Source: Gekko japonicus (lineage: Eukaryota). Taken from it: a DNA stretch of 64,000 nucleotides. Where the stretch lies: the NCBI RefSeq assembly GCF_001447785.1, contig NW_015161414.1:30768-94767 (forward strand), read 5' to 3'. A program made the translations under genes and the position numbers. Below the pieces are notes generated by a model. It did not search any database. It worked only from the letters and a program-made list of their open reading frames with translations, and was not told where the DNA came from. Of the stretch, positions 63,159-64,000 are shown piece by piece (within the stretch, counting starts at the first letter, position 1; every line of letters starts with the position of its first letter).

Positions 63159-63260
63159 TCGGGCGCTATAATGACCATCCTTGCAGCTGTATGTACAAAG
63201 ATGCCAGAAGCCAAGCTCGCTATAATATTTCTTCCAATGTTCACATTTACAGCTGGAAAT
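63159..63260 (+). CDS. PARL: PARL-family exon 8 ([34 protein letters not shown]); first codon is the catalytic Ser
   Basis: 102 nt, ttctag acceptor, GTAAGT donor; completes GASG. Later exons, including the catalytic His, lie beyond the window. Confidence 0.95.
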
Positions 63261-64000
63261 GTAAGTATCCGTTGGAGTCCACCTTTCTTTTTTCTGCCTA
63301 TCAGCAAGCTGAGCACACTTCTGTTTTATCAGTATTTCAAAACTGCATGCAATTTAAAAGTTAATTCAGCTCAAGAGACACATTCACTGTTGCACTGTGT
63401 TCTGTTACAGTAATGAACAATGTATAGTTGCATTACATTGTGGCATTTCACTTCTGAGGAGGCAGAATTATGACATTTCTAGCTGTTTAGTTAGATTTTA
63501 TTGCTAAAAGTGTGGGCCAGGATCCAAAGCCCTACTTTGGGTATGACAATCTGCATGGAGTTGGACTATGAACAGTGGATCCCCTTGCCATATCGTAAAC
63601 TGCGTTTGAATGTTTCCCTCCTTTATCCTCTCACCTCAGTATCAATGTCCTAGTAGCAGAGATTTAATATTTTAAAATGATACTTTTTAAAACAGCCATT
63701 GGAGGAAAAAGTTTAAAATATATAGGGGCTCTTTCAAAAGTTAACTAATGGCAGCTTTGGTACAATTTTAATATTCCAATTGTGGGTTGTAGGTTTTCTG
63801 GCATAGTTTGGCTGACCAAATGCTGTACTTTCCACAATAAAAACATAACTCTTTAATCTGCTAAAATTGACATATATTTTGTCATGCATCTAGGACTTAG
63901 TTTGAGGGCTTTTGATTGCTTGGCCCTGTTGCCCTAATTGTGATACATCTTGTTGCTAGTTATTCCCCCCCCCTCAACTGTTCCTGTTTAACCTGTGGTG

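Overview
Squamate reptile genomic DNA, most likely a gecko (Sauria SINE, gecko-type Squam3 SINEs, 5S-Sauria SINEs, BovB/RTE, CR1, L2). Two spliced genes lie on the + strand. The first is the last three coding exons of CFAP58 (CCDC147), 2805-17227. The second is exons 1-8 of a PARL-family mitochondrial rhomboid protease (48747-63260, continuing past the window) with a CpG-island promoter and an intact catalytic GASG serine. The rest is a dense, often nested repeat landscape: two truncated Gypsy elements with tRNA-Ser(GCU) primer sites, LINE fragments, hAT/Harbinger-type MITEs, Penelope-derived fold-back elements with decayed hammerhead cores, a ~140-bp tandem array and several long palindromes. 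Top leads: (1) the PARL gene is divergent and sits beside CFAP58, unlike mammalian PARL, so it may be a second PARL paralogue; (2) an unexplained 145-nt stretch folds into five consecutive hairpins including a cUUCGg loop (43645-43789); (3) palindromic Penelope/hammerhead remnants, one just upstream of the PARL promoter; (4) a strong-Kozak uORF ends 5 nt before the PARL start codon. Repeat family names come from recalled motifs, not database searches, and most repeat boundaries are approximate.
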